Shown here one piece after another: positions 40,491 through 53,518 of a DNA stretch of 64,000 nt. Position numbers and translations under genes: made by a program. Positions within the stretch are counted from its first letter, which is position 1; every line of letters starts with the position of its first letter. Origin of the DNA: Entomortierella parvispora E1425 (lineage: Eukaryota; Fungi; Mortierellomycota). The stretch spans positions 248,001-312,000 of the forward strand of contig BQFW01000008.1 of the NCBI GenBank assembly GCA_020891255.1, given 5' to 3'. Under the pieces are notes generated by a model that ran no database searches, was not told where the DNA came from, and saw only the letters and a list, made by a program, of their open reading frames with translations.

Positions 40491-42525
40491 CCAGGCGAGC
40501 CAAGGTCGGCGGAGGGAATGGGTCGTTAGAGGAGAAGGAAGAGGAGGAGGAGGAAAAGAAGAGAAGAAGCAGGGCGACGAGGAAGAGGAATGGAGAGGAG
40601 AGAAGAGAAGAGAATGAGCAGAGAAGAAGAAGGAAGTGGGTCCCAAGAAAAGAGGGAAATGACAACAAATGAGGCTAACGCCAATTGGCTCGTGGGCGAC
40701 GGTGCGTTTGTTCTTCAGGAACCATGGTGGAAGGAAGGAGTGGATGTGAATGTGTATCTGTGTGTCTGCCTCCTCTTCTCTTCTCTCACCATCCTGTCTC
40801 TGCTCCATCAGGATTTACCCATCGCCCTTGTTTTCTTCGCGCCCAGGGCTCTCGTTCCTGAAGATGAACCAACCCGCCTTCGCTGCTTTGTTTGTCCCTC
40901 CATGAGGCTCTCGTTGTTTCTGTTGGTGCTCATTTTCTAGCTCGTTTGCTCGCCTGAGTTCCTGGTTGGAGTCTCACCCTACTTGTCTGTCTGTCCACCC
41001 GCACAAACAACTGCTATCGTTGGCCCAATCGATGATGTATGTATCTGTGTGCTTTATCGATATCAACAGCAAGAATTCCTCTGTTGGTGGTGTCTTTGTT
41101 TGTTGACACACTCACCTCATCCATGACGGAAGACTGCAACCTCTCTCTCTCACACGGTTGGTGGCACACAGCTCAAAACTTCCCTTCGGACGCTTCCTGC
41201 ACTCCGTACATTGCGAGGCAAACAAATGACTGTGCTTCTCTCTCTTTCTCTATCGAACCTCCTCGTTCAACTCGTCTCTCCTTTTTTTTTATTATTGTTA
41301 TCGCACTCCTCCGTAAAACGACTCGATCCGTCCTCTTTACAAACCAACTTCACCCCTCCTCCTCCTCCCCTTTGCATGGAAACACTCGGAACCTTTCTTA
41401 TTTTTCACGCGCACAAGGCTGCTTTGCTTCACTTCAGGAAGGCCTATTGCTCTTCCATATGTCATTTAGAAACACCTCATAAGACACGAAAAGAAGACTG
41501 TGTAATCCTCTTTCGATAAAGTAGTGTGTCTGTGTGTGTTTGCCCATGGCCAATTTATGATGCCCGCGGTACAAAAAAAAAAATTGTAGAGAAAAAAAAA
41601 CCGATGCGCTGCACCCGTAAAAGAAATATAACCAGAATTGAAACCATTGCGACAGAAATAGCAATTGCAATTGTGTCCTGCACAGAGGGGCTTGGGAGCA
41701 CCGAGAGAGATTCAGGTTACTTACCCTGCTCCGGATTCCAGATCGTGGGTCATTGAAAGGAATCGACAGAAGAAAACGATAAATGATCAATAAAGAAGAG
41801 ATGTGGTCCTCACTGAAATTCGAAGAGGGTGTGTGAGAGAGTGAAAGGGTTGAGAGCGGAGGGAGCGCAAAGATGCCGAGGGTGGTGGCGGTAGGGGAGA
41901 GGGTGGGAGAGGTTTGGAAACAGCTAACCAGCTAGTGGACAGGATAGAGTGAAATAAGAGAGAGAGAAAAAAAATGAAAGAGAGGGTGGGAGAGGGAGGG
42001 AGAGATGGCACCTTTGTTCTCCAAAAAGATGAGGGTTCCCAACAGCCAAAGAGCGCCCGGATGGCTTTGAGTCAATTATCCGTAGTCTGCTTTTGCACTG
42101 ATCGCCATCTTGGAACCTCTTTGGTTTTCAATCAAAAACAAAAAGATAGAATGGTGCGGTGTTGTTCCTCCTTCTCTTCAATGGGCATTGGTCAGGTAGC
42201 GTAGAAATAGATGGCCGTTTGATAAGCTTGGCGACTGTCATCGTGGTAAAGTCTCGGAGATGACGGCAGGCAATTGAGGTCGCTATCCTCTAGTGTCCTC
42301 AAGGACAAGCAGACCGACAATGATGAAATCTATCAGCCCGATGTTGCTGCCAAGACCACAGACCTGCAGATGGAAGCAACGGTCATGGCGCGTCATTCTT
42401 GCTTCGCAATAGCCCCATTTCGCTGCTGTTTGGAGACACATTTGCGGGAGAAGGCTGTGCGCGACGTGTTTTGGTTTATTGTTTTTGTCGATCAATGCAA
42501 TTGCTCAGTCTATGGTCTCTCTTCC

Positions 42526-44491
42526 TCACTTCAAGAGCCGATCCCTCAGCCATGCACATTCAGAGGACAAAGGCGCAGCCGATGAGGAAGCTTCTTCTCT
42601 GTTTCGAGATCTCGCCTTTCTCCACTCTGCAGTCTTCTGAATACTGGCGCTACTGTCCGTATTGACCTTTAGCTCGGTCATCACATTGGCCACCAACCAG
42701 CGTGCGAATGCATCCTCTGGCTTTTGACGTCCCGTTTCTTGTTCCTGTTCAAGCCGCATTTGTTGACTAACTGACAATTCCCCGTTCGTTCCCTCCACCC
42801 CAGCATTCTCATCCTCTTGGACCTCTACCATGATCTCGCCCTGCCCGATTTCATCAGAGAACGGGATCAAGAACCTCGGCAACGGAATCAGGCTCCGGAC
42901 CTGCTCCAAAAGAAATTCTTTGGCGTCATTCAGCCTTGTCCAGAAAAGAGATTGAATCTCTGTCAATAGAGTCTTGAAATGAAACGTAAGACAGTCGAGG
43001 GCCAAGGTAGCCACCCGTGGGTCAAAGATATCTTGGAGAAACAAGGTTCCGTTCTCATGGGTGACGGCGATCTTGTCATTGACGGCTTCTTTATCTGAAA
43101 TATCAGTTGAGCCGCGAATCTTGCCATCGATGGGCGAACCAACGGCACCAAAGCAGATCCAGATGAGGACGTTGCGGATGTCCGTTCGGAGTTGCAGGAT
43201 AAAAGGGCGTGCCAGCTTCTCCACAAAAGTAATAACAGCTGACCTTGGTGGTGGAGTATCGCTGACCTTGTTGTCATTGCTGGTATTGGGATGCGGGCCA
43301 TTTTGCTCAAGCCGCTGCTCTTGTTCCAGACGTTGACGGCTGTCAGCGAGCCCGTCTATATCGGAGCTGTAGCCTTTGGGTGAAGAAACGATCTCCTGGA
43401 GAAGCTTGTCTATCACTTCAACGACCTCTGCCTCATAAAAGGCGGACTGTTGATCTACAGTGTCGTCGATCCATTGATCAAGTTCTGAGGCTGGGTTTCT
43501 GTGAGTCTTGGCTGTTGAGAAGTGAAGGCGAACATGGTCAGATCCCCTCCTGTCAAGAAAACTAATTCAAAAATAAAGACTTTTGATCCACATTCAAAAT
43601 ACCTGCGTCATTTGACTCCATGTCTGACTGCTTCTTGAGCTGTGAAGGCACCAGAGTCCGATGGCGTGAAAGGCGCTTCTTCGAACGCAGGAAGCCGTCG
43701 TCATAATTGTCTTCATCCTCGTTCTCCTCCCAGTCCTCCTCCTCCAAGTCCTCCTCTTCCCCGAGCTTACCTGGGCTAGGTACGGATGATGGAGATGGGT
43801 GGGTAGAGCATCTGCTTGAATGTACATCAGCATCCTCCACGTCGTCTTCTTCTTCCTCATCGTCATCATCTTCTTCTTCTTCTTCCTCCTCGTCATTATG
43901 ACCACCCTCCTTGTCAATTATCGGTACTTTAGTAGGAACGCCTGCTCTAGGAATGCTCCGGGTCGGAATGTCCAAAATCGGCCCCAGTGGCCGAACGACT
44001 GAAGTCGGAACTGAGGGCGGAACGGCCAGCTTTTGAGACTTTGGAGCCTCTGCTCTTTGCAAACTGACTGCCATCGACGTAGGAGATGCCTGGTGGGTTG
44101 TTGCTTCGATTTTGGTGGTAGAGACAGCCGAGATAGCTGCAATGTGGGTATTCGGAAGTATTAGCGTGGGGTTTGGAGCGCCAATGGTCGCCTCCATATT
44201 CGTCGGCTTGGCATTTGGAATCCAGTTGCCCCTGGGTGTTTCTTCAAATTGCCCCAGTTTTGTTGTAGGGATCTCGGGCGGTGGGTTTGGTAAGGTTGTT
44301 GGCCATAGCAAAGCTGTGCTTGAGAGAAGAGTGACGCTATCCAAGATGGATGCTGCAATGGAAAGGGTACTGTTATCAGGGATTTTGAGGGTAGCGGCTT
44401 TAGGGTGGGTATGGAACAACATTACTCCGCCGTAGGTGATCCCTCCAAGCAGGACTATCCCGACAACGAGCAGGGGAACCGATAGACTCAT
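42526..44491 (-). CDS. Hypothetical N-terminally membrane-anchored protein, about 624 aa, 2 exons
   Basis: ATG44491 MSLSVPLLVVGIVLLGGITYGGVMLF (TM or signal anchor), a P/T/S-rich stalk and a D/E tract. Intron 43602-43512 (GTATTT...CTGAC...CAACAG) joins in frame to a helical region ELDQWIDDTV...KLARPFILQLRTDIR. No family recognised. Confidence 0.7.
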
Positions 44492-45737
44492 GGTTTCTTC
44501 CTCGAGAAAACTGTACGATTGTGGGATAGATTGAGGGGAAAGAAAAACCAAAAGAAGGGAAGAGTCAAAAGAAATCAAAAGAAAGGGACATGAAGGCAAG
44601 ATCGATCCTCAATCCCTGTTCCTGTCCGTTCTCCTGATCATGACATCCCATGCACACGCTCCCTTTATTTTTTTGCTAGTTAGACTGGATCGGAACTTGG
44701 CCATTCTGACCGAGGAATGAGCCAACCTTGATTAGCGCTTTTGCGTGCCGACTTTATTCAATGCGTCATAACCCCTGGACAACTGACTGTTGGATGAGGC
44801 GGAGTCATCGGGGATACACTTCATATACTGTCGATCTAGACACAAAGGCAACGCGTGTAGAACGCGTTACCTGCACGATTTTGACACAACGATAGAGCAC
44901 GGCCCTCCTGCCTCAAACAAAGGTACACGGCATGGACTGTGCCTGAGGAAACGGGAGTAGGAAAAAATACGACGGTTGAGCGCAATCCTAGATAGCGGAA
45001 GGAGCCCATGCCCATGGAGAGCACTGAGGAGAAAACCAAACACAAAAACAAAAAACAAAAAAAAATAATGAACAAGACGGACGGACGGTGAGCGCCTCCG
45101 TCTCCTTCAGTGTGTCCTCGCTCGCCTCCTTGTTTTGTATTGCTTACATCCAACACACAAGAGAGCCATCGAGGCCAAGGGAGACTATCACCGTGACATG
45201 CAACGACAGGCTGGCAGCAGCCCAACTGGCATCCATGATCCTTTCTCTTCCTTTTCACTCTCTTCTTTGTTTCCCTTTCCCTTTCTGTGGTTGACTTTTT
45301 GCTGCCAGAAGGTTACATGCTCGACACGCCCGTTCGCTCTCTTACTCTTTCTGCAACCCATCTTTCACTCTCGTCCTCTTTTATTTTTTCTGTTCCTCTC
45401 CAATTCTCTATCTACCCGGCTATTTTCTGCCTGTTCTTTCTCCTTTTGTTCTCTTTCTGCACCGTCATTCATTCATTTTGGCCCGGCTTACTACCTTCGA
45501 CACGACACGAATAGACACGACCTTCCTCACGACCCTTTAAACGACCCTTTTCACGACCGACCTTTTGACAGGATCACTTATTACATACAGTACCAAGCAC
45601 AGCGGCCTTGAGCACAGCACAATTTATATATTCCTTTCGCTCCTGTTCGGCATTCACCACCATCGTAACTCGTCCATTCGACAATCTATCTTCAGGCCCA
45701 CACCGAAAACAAGAAAAAGAAACTCATTTGGCCGAAG

Positions 45738-47718
45738 ATGTCCCAACCATTCCTGTTTGCTGCTCTCCCATCGTCAACCTCGACGAACTTACATCCATCC
45801 ACCATGGTCCCAGGAGCACGAAAACTGAGCGTTGGGAGTGTTCAAAGCCGTGCCAGCAGCGTGTACAGTGTTGGAAGCATCGGTAGCGTTGGTACCATCA
45901 ACGGAAGCGGTGATGGTTATGGTGGTGGTAGTAGCCATTCCTTTTACAACCTCTCGAAATCGTGCAACAACAGTAGTGTCGATCTCAATCACTTTGTACA
46001 GACTACCCTTCCTCCACCACCAGCATTCCCACCAACGTCCACTTTGGCATCCCGAACATTCACACCGCCTGCACAGTCACCTCCACCTGGGTCCGCCTAT
46101 CCCGCCCTCCTTCCCCACCGACCCGTCGTCGTGGGGTCCCTGTACTGCAACAGCAACCTGTCGCAATCGAACCTGAGTCTCAGTCGCCACAATACTTGTG
46201 GTAATAGCCTTTACAGCCTGGGATCGAACGCCAACAGCTCCTCCTTCAGCTTGGCGTCCAGCCAAATGTCCCAGTTTTCTCAGTTCTCGTCTGGGGATAA
46301 GGTCCAGCACGCTATCGGCTCCATGCCAGCTATTGGCGTTCCACTTCCGCCTTCTCTTCTTTCTTCATCTCGCTCCTCTCCCAATATCGGCTCCTCGACT
46401 TCTTCCTTTATTTCACCTTCACATCCCTTCTCTGCTTCTTCATCTTCGCTCCCACTCGCAGCGTCCGTGAATACTCCAATCACAACACCTGCTACCAACA
46501 CGACAAAGGCCTTGTCCTCTGCCTCGTCCCTGACTTCTCGTCATCGATCACATCCTCAACCGCAATCCCCACAGCATCAAAACAGGAGCTCCAACAAACA
46601 CACCAGTATCGGCATCAGGAAAGACAACAACAACTTCAACAACTCTCGTCCAGTCTCTTCTTCCTCCAGTTCAGACTTGGCTCTTTCTCCACCCACAGGA
46701 TCTTCATCGTCACCTTCTCCCGCCCCAACGAACGGCGCTAAGGCCAATCCGTCCGCAGTCCCTGATCAATATCAGCTACGCCCATTGTTGTTACCACCTG
46801 TGGCAACCCTTGGTCTTTTGCCCCCTCGAAAGAAAATCGAAAAATCCAACACCACTTCGGCTTCCATCCTCCCTCCTTTGAACACAAAGTCACTGCCCCG
46901 ACTCCCCCAGAAGCCATCGTCGGTCTCTGTTAACAGCCTCTCCCCGGCATTTGTCTCTGGTTATTCTCCTTCCCACAGTCACCTCAGTAGCCACAGCAAC
47001 ACAATGATGACTTCTACTTCGCCCAGTTCTGCGGGCTCACATTCCCCTGCAGTCTCGTCCCCCACCTCCAGTGCCCCCTCACCCAACAGCAACAGCAACA
47101 GCTCTTCATCACATCAACAACAACCGTTTGCATCCTTGGCAATTACGGAGCTGGTCATTACTGAAGCTCAGAACCTGGCCACAATTCAGGTACGGTTGAC
47201 TGAAATTCATGTCATCCCCCGACCTCCTCTTCCACATTCAACATTTTCCGAGCACAGGCTTTCCAATGTCGAACACAGGCACATCCACCGCCCTTCTGTT
47301 TGTTACACCACAGAAAACAGTTGTGTACTACCTCATCCTTATCATATCATATCATACTTACTGACACTCAACACATGTACCCTCGTTTTCTCCTTTCTTT
47401 CCACCTGAACAGCGTGTTGCACATGCCTTGAACCAGACCATGGAAAACACTGTGAACGCTGGTCGCAAAGAGAGCGCCACAATTCGTACTCTGGTCGATC
47501 GATGGTCCGATCTCATGAGGGTCCACGCCAAGTTCCACGACGTAAGTAATTTTTTTTAGAACGCCCAGGAAAAAAAAAAAAAAAAGAGGGAACTGCAGGA
47601 GGTGAGGTACCCGAACACACCAGGGGAGGGAACCACGAGGGAAGGGAAGGGACACACGCACAGAAAAGGGATCATGATCTTTTTTTTTCTCTCTTTCTTG
47701 CTCCCCCTTTGTGTGCGT

Positions 47719-47787
<69 letters not shown>

Positions 47788-50569
47788 GTGCGCCGCACAA
47801 CTTTTTTTCCGCCATGTTTGTTGCCCTTTTTGCCTTTGAATGTCGATCATTCCAGCAAAGCCGAACATCTATTTCTTGTTGATTTCTCTGTCTCCTTGAA
47901 AAAGGCAATTATTCCCAGGCAGGCGACTGAACATGTCCAAAGGGATCATTTCTTTTTTGGCCATAGACTGAGTGAAGTCCCATTTGTTCACGAGTTTGTT
48001 TGGTCCTGAGGTGGTTTTTTAAATGTCTGTTGGAACTTGCATGGGTTTCTTTGGTTGGTCAATCTGTCTGTCGGCCGTGCCGGACGGTATGCTTTCTTGG
48101 CTTGTCCGTCTGTGTGCACCTAATGCACCTAATGCACCTCCTTGATTCTCATTCTTTTTCGACATGATAACATTTTCACCGTGCCCTCCTCCGTGATCAT
48201 ATGCCATCTGTTCTACCTATAGCCTTTTCTAACCTCTCCCACTTTCCTAATAGGACATTGTGGCTGTAAACGAGGACCTCCGCGAGACTGCCAGTCTTAT
48301 TAACTGCATGGTAAGATGAATGGAGAGGGGGGCTCACCGAGGACAGACAACAAAAGAGTACAAACGGTATCTTTGAACAGGCCGCTTGCGAAAGAAGCTG
48401 ACACCCTTTTGTGTTTATAGCTGGTAACTCTTGAGCCCACGCTGGTTGACCATGGCCGAGATTTGTCTAATGCCTTGAAGAAGTTGATTCGTCGAGATCA
48501 GGTAAAGCAGCAGAGAGAGAGAGAAGAGAGAAGAGAGAAGAGAAAAAAAAGGGTTGCCGGGGCCAAAAAAAAAAAAAGAAGCCAATTCACGCGCCAAAAC
48601 GCGAGTGCATGTGCTTTTACTGCTCTCGAATGCACGCACGGACGGATCGAAAGGAATGCAAAATGGACGAATGGACGACGACAGTGACACTCTCCGCGCG
48701 TGATTCCTCTCCCCTCTCTTCGAGGTCTTTATGTCTGTGGACGCGTTTCTGCAAACCGACTCCCAAAATGCAAAGACAAAGACCTTGACGAGCCAATTCA
48801 TGAACCATGCACCACCTTCTGCACATAGGGTGACTTGTGTGTGTGGTCTCTTTCATTCATCCAACACACACACCTCCACCACCTCTCTATTTTTTACTCA
48901 CTCTTTGTTTTGCTGTGTACATGGTCTCTAGAACTCTGAACACACGTTTGCCGAGTGGGACTCTGCATTGCGCCAGCCCTTTGAGCACCTGAGCGTGTAC
49001 GACGACTGGATGCACCGGATCGATCCACAGGACAATCTTTGCAGGGACTACCGTGCACACCTGAATGGACTGATCTACAAGATCAAGATGGTCACTGGTA
49101 TGGATTCCTCTTTCTCTGTCTCCTTCTCTTTGTTGCACCCCGCGATATAATCCCTCTACTTGCTCCTCTCAATATCCCCTTCTCCCGGGTGTCTGCTTTT
49201 CTTCATCAAACTAACAAAAAGACTCTCACTCTGCCTTCTCTTTGCCTCTTTCTCTCTCCCCTTCCTTTCACCCCAACAAACCACTCTTGATCTATCCCGC
49301 CCCGCCTCCTTCTCTCTCATATCACACTCTCACTTCACAATGTCGAATCGTCAATCCCCTACAGAGGCCAACCAGCACCCACGCAACATGTTGCGTCGTC
49401 TCAGCACCATTGCCAAGACTGTGATCAACAAACGACGCACTTCACTCCAACTCTTGAACTTGCCCCCAACCCCCGAGACCCCGTCCAGCATGGATATGTC
49501 GTCTGAATACAGAAAGAGTCAAGAGGAAGGGATCGTCGATACCCCTTCGACCACGGCCGCTTCAACCCCCGTGGACAAGGACGGTCACTCCACCTTTTTG
49601 CCCTCCCCAAAGACGATCCAGGAACTGGACATTTCCCCTCGTCCCTCTTATGACCAACATCGCCCGCAACAAGAACAAAAACAACAAGAGCACCATGAAG
49701 AACAACAACAGCAACAACAACAGCAACATCCAGACATTCAGGAGGATCAGGAGCAAGAACAGGAGCAGGAGCGGGTCAGGGCGCTCGAGACTGTGATGGA
49801 ACCAGTGTCAGCCCAGACCCTGCAGCTGTGTCCCTTGACGCCTCTCTCGCCCACCTTCATCTCCACGGCTGTCTACCTCGAGACTACCGTCACGGATTTC
49901 CATGTTGATGAACGCCTTCCCAAGGCTGGCGACCGAACATCGACCTACCTGACCCCGATCAAGACCCAGCTCTCCCAACTCCCCACTCACCAATTGCCTC
50001 ACCGAGCCTCGGCTGCCTCGGATTTGAGCAGTGCTGGCACCTTGGCCGTCTCACCCAGCTCGCCCTCTCCTTCCACGGCCTCTGGCACCATGCTGTTGCC
50101 GATGAGCAACAACAACAACAATGGCAGTGGATGCGTCGCAAACTCAGTTTCGTCCTCTTCGTCCTCGATCCGATCCAAGACCTCGTCGACGGCTGAGACC
50201 GTGATCACGATCCGCCCGCAAAGCTCGGCCTCGACCCTCAACTCGTCCTCATCGCTCATCCGACAAAAGTTCTTGGCCGAGAAGGAAGCCCGGAAGGCCA
50301 CATTGCGCGTCGGAACCTGCGAGACCATCCAGGCGAGAGCCGAGTGTCTTCAGTCACCTACGGCCAGCGTCCATTCCGCAGGTCTTTCCAGTGGAGGATA
50401 CACCCCCGGGACCGGCAAGGGTGGCTATGGTGCTTACTACCAGGCCAGGGCTTCATTCGACGCCACGAGGGTGAGCCCCACTCGCCCGGTGGGCGACAAG
50501 GCCAACAAGCCGCCCGTCAAGAGTCTGATCAGCTTCTGGGAACAAGTCTCGGATCCAATGGAGTTGTGA
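45738..50569 (+). CDS. Ser/Pro-rich protein with a short divergent Dbl-homology (RhoGEF-like) domain, 6 exons
   Basis: Exon junctions read AITELVITEAQNLATIQ|RVAHAL...WSDLMRVHAKFHD|DIVAVNED...|LVTLEPTL...|...LRQPFEHLSVYDDWMHRI...KIKMVT|EANQHPRN. The pattern resembles DH conserved regions 1 and 3; both flanks are long and disordered. The start codon is uncertain. Confidence 0.55.
47724..47786. repeat. (TG)n microsatellite, about 31 units, intronic
   Basis: Read directly; inside an intron of the DH-like gene. Confidence 0.97.
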
Positions 50570-50974
50570 GAGGAGAATTCTCTTGCTTGTGTCTTTGTTT
50601 TTTTGTCTGTTTTTGTTTTGTTCTTGTTCGATACCCCTCCACTCTCTTCCAGGGCAGAAAGCGCTCGTTTGGTTCCTTTGTGCTTGCACCACTCACTCAC
50701 TACCATAATGACCCACCCTTTCATATTTCTCATTGCTTCCCACCTTTTCCAGTTCCTTCGTCTTCTCTCTCCAGCCCAACACCCACTAATATCAAGTACG
50801 GGCTTCTTGAAAAAAGAGCTAGTCCTTCCTTCTATATTTCCATACGTAGTCGATAGTCAAAGATACGATAATACACCTCTTTCAGAAAACACAAGTGTTC
50901 GTCAATGGTCATTAATTTTTATAGTGTAATAGCGTAAAGCATGGATATACAGGGAAGGAAAGGGGAGTCGGGCT

Positions 50975-52224
50975 CTACTTGGACTTGTTCTCAAGGGTAT
51001 CCAAAGAGGCGCCGGCTCCCATAGGGATCAGACGCGAAGTCGTGGACTGATAGAGCTTGTAGGCTGGGTACTTTGTCGTGGTCAAGTGCTCTGTCAAAGC
51101 TGTCGAGATCTGGAACAAGACGGTCAAGCAGAGAGGTCCGACAATAGTAGGGTTGATCAGAGCATTGTAAGTTGGGTAAGCGGCGGCGACCGAGTAAAGG
51201 TAAACACCCCTAGAGTTGTCAAGAAAGAGAAAAAGTGGTAAGTGGTTAGATTTTATCATCTTTCATTGTTTCCTTCCATTTCTCAAGATCTCAACGGCGG
51301 ACCAAAATAATCAAAGAAAAACGTACCACCAAACGGTCATCTCGCCGAAAAAGTTGGGGTGGCGAGAGTATCTGAAGAGGCCCTTGGTCAAGAATCCGCG
51401 CTTAAAGTCTCCCTCCAAGGTCTTCTTTTCGGCAATAGCCTTCTTCTTGGCCTCCTGGAACTTCCACTGCTGCTGATCTGCCACAGTCTCCAAGGCGAGC
51501 CCAGCCACGACGAGTAGAGTGGCCACAGCATCGATCCAGTTCATGGGTTCCACAGTGTCGGCATAGATCGTTCTCCATGCGGCATACACAGGCGCGGTCA
51601 ACGCCACAAGCAAAAGGTTTTGGAACAGGCAGATAAAGATAATGTTGAAGGGCAACCAAAAGAGCCAGTGAATCTTGGTGCCGAGGTAGGGCCAGCGGTA
51701 GTCCTCTGCGTCCATTCCGTAACCTCCCTTGCGGTAAAAGTTGTAAGTCAATCGAACGCCCCAGATGAAGATCAAAGCAGTGGCTAAGTAGACCCGAGGA
51801 AATTGAACATAATCCTCGCCTGCAGGCCAGTAAATCTTGTCCCGGAGAGCAAAGTGGATGCTGTAGAGGATGGGCGCCAAAGACCAAATGCGATCGACCT
51901 ATTGAGTTCCGAACCAGCAGAAGGGAGCACGGTTAGTGGCGTTCATAAGTTGTTTCTCAATTGCGCAATAGGCCCCCTTGACTTTTCGTTTGTTACCCAA
52001 GAGTGTGTGCCCGTGGCCATGGAGAGGAACCAACAGATGCCACTGAAGACGAGTGAGGTTCGGAGGGCAAAGCTCAGAGGATCGGTGCGAGAATGAGCGA
52101 TGGCAATGTCGAAAAGGACGGTAGAGTCATCGCCAAAGCTGGGCCAACTCAAGGTCCTGTAGGTGACCTTGAAGATTTGGACATAGTCCGCCCAAGTGAA
52201 GAGTTCGGCCAGAGTGGAGACCAT
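50975..52224 (-). CDS. DUF1295 family membrane protein (steroid 5-alpha-reductase C-terminal-like), 3 exons
   Basis: THSW|VDRIWSL, WGVRLTYNFYRKGGY...EDYRWPYL, ETVADQQQWKFQ, GFLTKGLFRYSRHPNFFGEM..WW, STALTEHLTTTKYPAYKLYQSTTSRLIP. Confidence 0.9.
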
Positions 52225-52459
52225 AATGGAGCAAGACGGGAGGGAGAATAAAGAGATGAACTGGATGGATGAATGGATGGATGGAAGCAAGAGCAGTTGA
52301 AAAAAGAAAAAAAAAAAAAGGAAAAAAAAAAGAGCAAGGTTATGAGAGGCAGACGACCGCCCAACGGCCCTGGACCAGTAGGATGTCGTGCCACCACTCC
52401 GCGCCTGAGTGGTCAGTCGCGAATTGTTCCCAGGGCTTCCTTTTGCGTGCTCTCCGTCC

Positions 52460-52460
<1 letters not shown>

Positions 52461-52535
<75 letters not shown>

Positions 52536-52536
52536 G
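52461..52536. repeat. (TCTG)n tetranucleotide microsatellite, 19 units
   Basis: Read directly; in the divergent intergenic region between the DUF1295 and Stc1-like genes. Confidence 0.97.
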
Positions 52537-52863
52537 CCGCACGCACGGTCAGCCCTCATGGACCAGGGAAACGAGGCCATGGACGGCCTGGACCAACATG
52601 GGCGTCATGATCCATCCCGAGGAATGATGCTGGTCTCTGCACCCGATCCCTGTGTGGTGCAGTGATGTCCTGTTCGAGGCAGGGGCCACCTCCTTGTGGT
52701 CACCAAAGAAGTCGACCACAGGTTGGACTCAAATTCTTTTTAATTTGCCTTTTCCTTTCATCTCTTTCTCATTTCCACTGCTCTTTCGCATTCTTCCATT
52801 CTCCAATTCGCCGATTTCTCCACCTCACTGCAGACTCTTTCAGATCCAACATCAAATTTGCCA

Positions 52864-53518
52864 ATGTCCACCTACTCTCAAGCGTCCAGCAGTGGACGCG
52901 CTCCTTTTCCCGCGAACAACAGACAGGTTTCAAGCAGCCTTCGTATCGACGGTTCCTCTCTCATATACTGTTATGGCTGCGAGAAGAATAAGCCCAGTCG
53001 AGCCTTCAGCGAGACCCAGATCAAGAAGGCCAGCAGCAGAGCCAAGAACCACCAGATTATGTGCAAGAGCTGTAAACAATCTCCCTCGCCCTTCTGTCTT
53101 TCTCCCCTGGTGAACAAAAGCTGCTTTGCCCTGCAGAAACTGAAAAAACTAAAACGCCACCAAATTTCTGTCGCTGTTTTCTTTCAGGTATCCCCGCACA
53201 ACCCACCACACTCAAGTGCATGCGCTGTGCAAAGACGTTGCCAATGGAAAAGTTCTCAAAGGTATACAATAAGAAAGAGGCCAGCGTTCACACAAGGGCC
53301 CCCTTTTTTTCGTTGACAAAGTACGGGTGGTGATACATTGTTGCGTCTACTCATCATTGATTGTCACTTTTATTCTATGGTAGACCCAAAAGCGCAACCA
53401 AGAAAAGGCGACTTGCATGGATTGCCGCCAGTACATAGACGAGGACGACTCGGATGTGGACTTTGATCTCGAGGACGACCCTGACTTTTATGAAGGAGAC
53501 ATCACCGATGTTTTGTAA
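52864..53518 (+). CDS. Stc1-domain tandem zinc-finger protein with acidic tail, 138 aa, 3 exons (52864-53071, 53188-53261, 53384-53518)
   Basis: The spliced frame is intact, with four CxxC pairs: CYGCEKNKPSRAFSETQI...CKSC...LKCMRCAKTLPMEKFSKTQKR...ATCMDC, followed by DEDDSDVDFDLEDDPDFYEG. The ORF track misses it. Confidence 0.8.
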
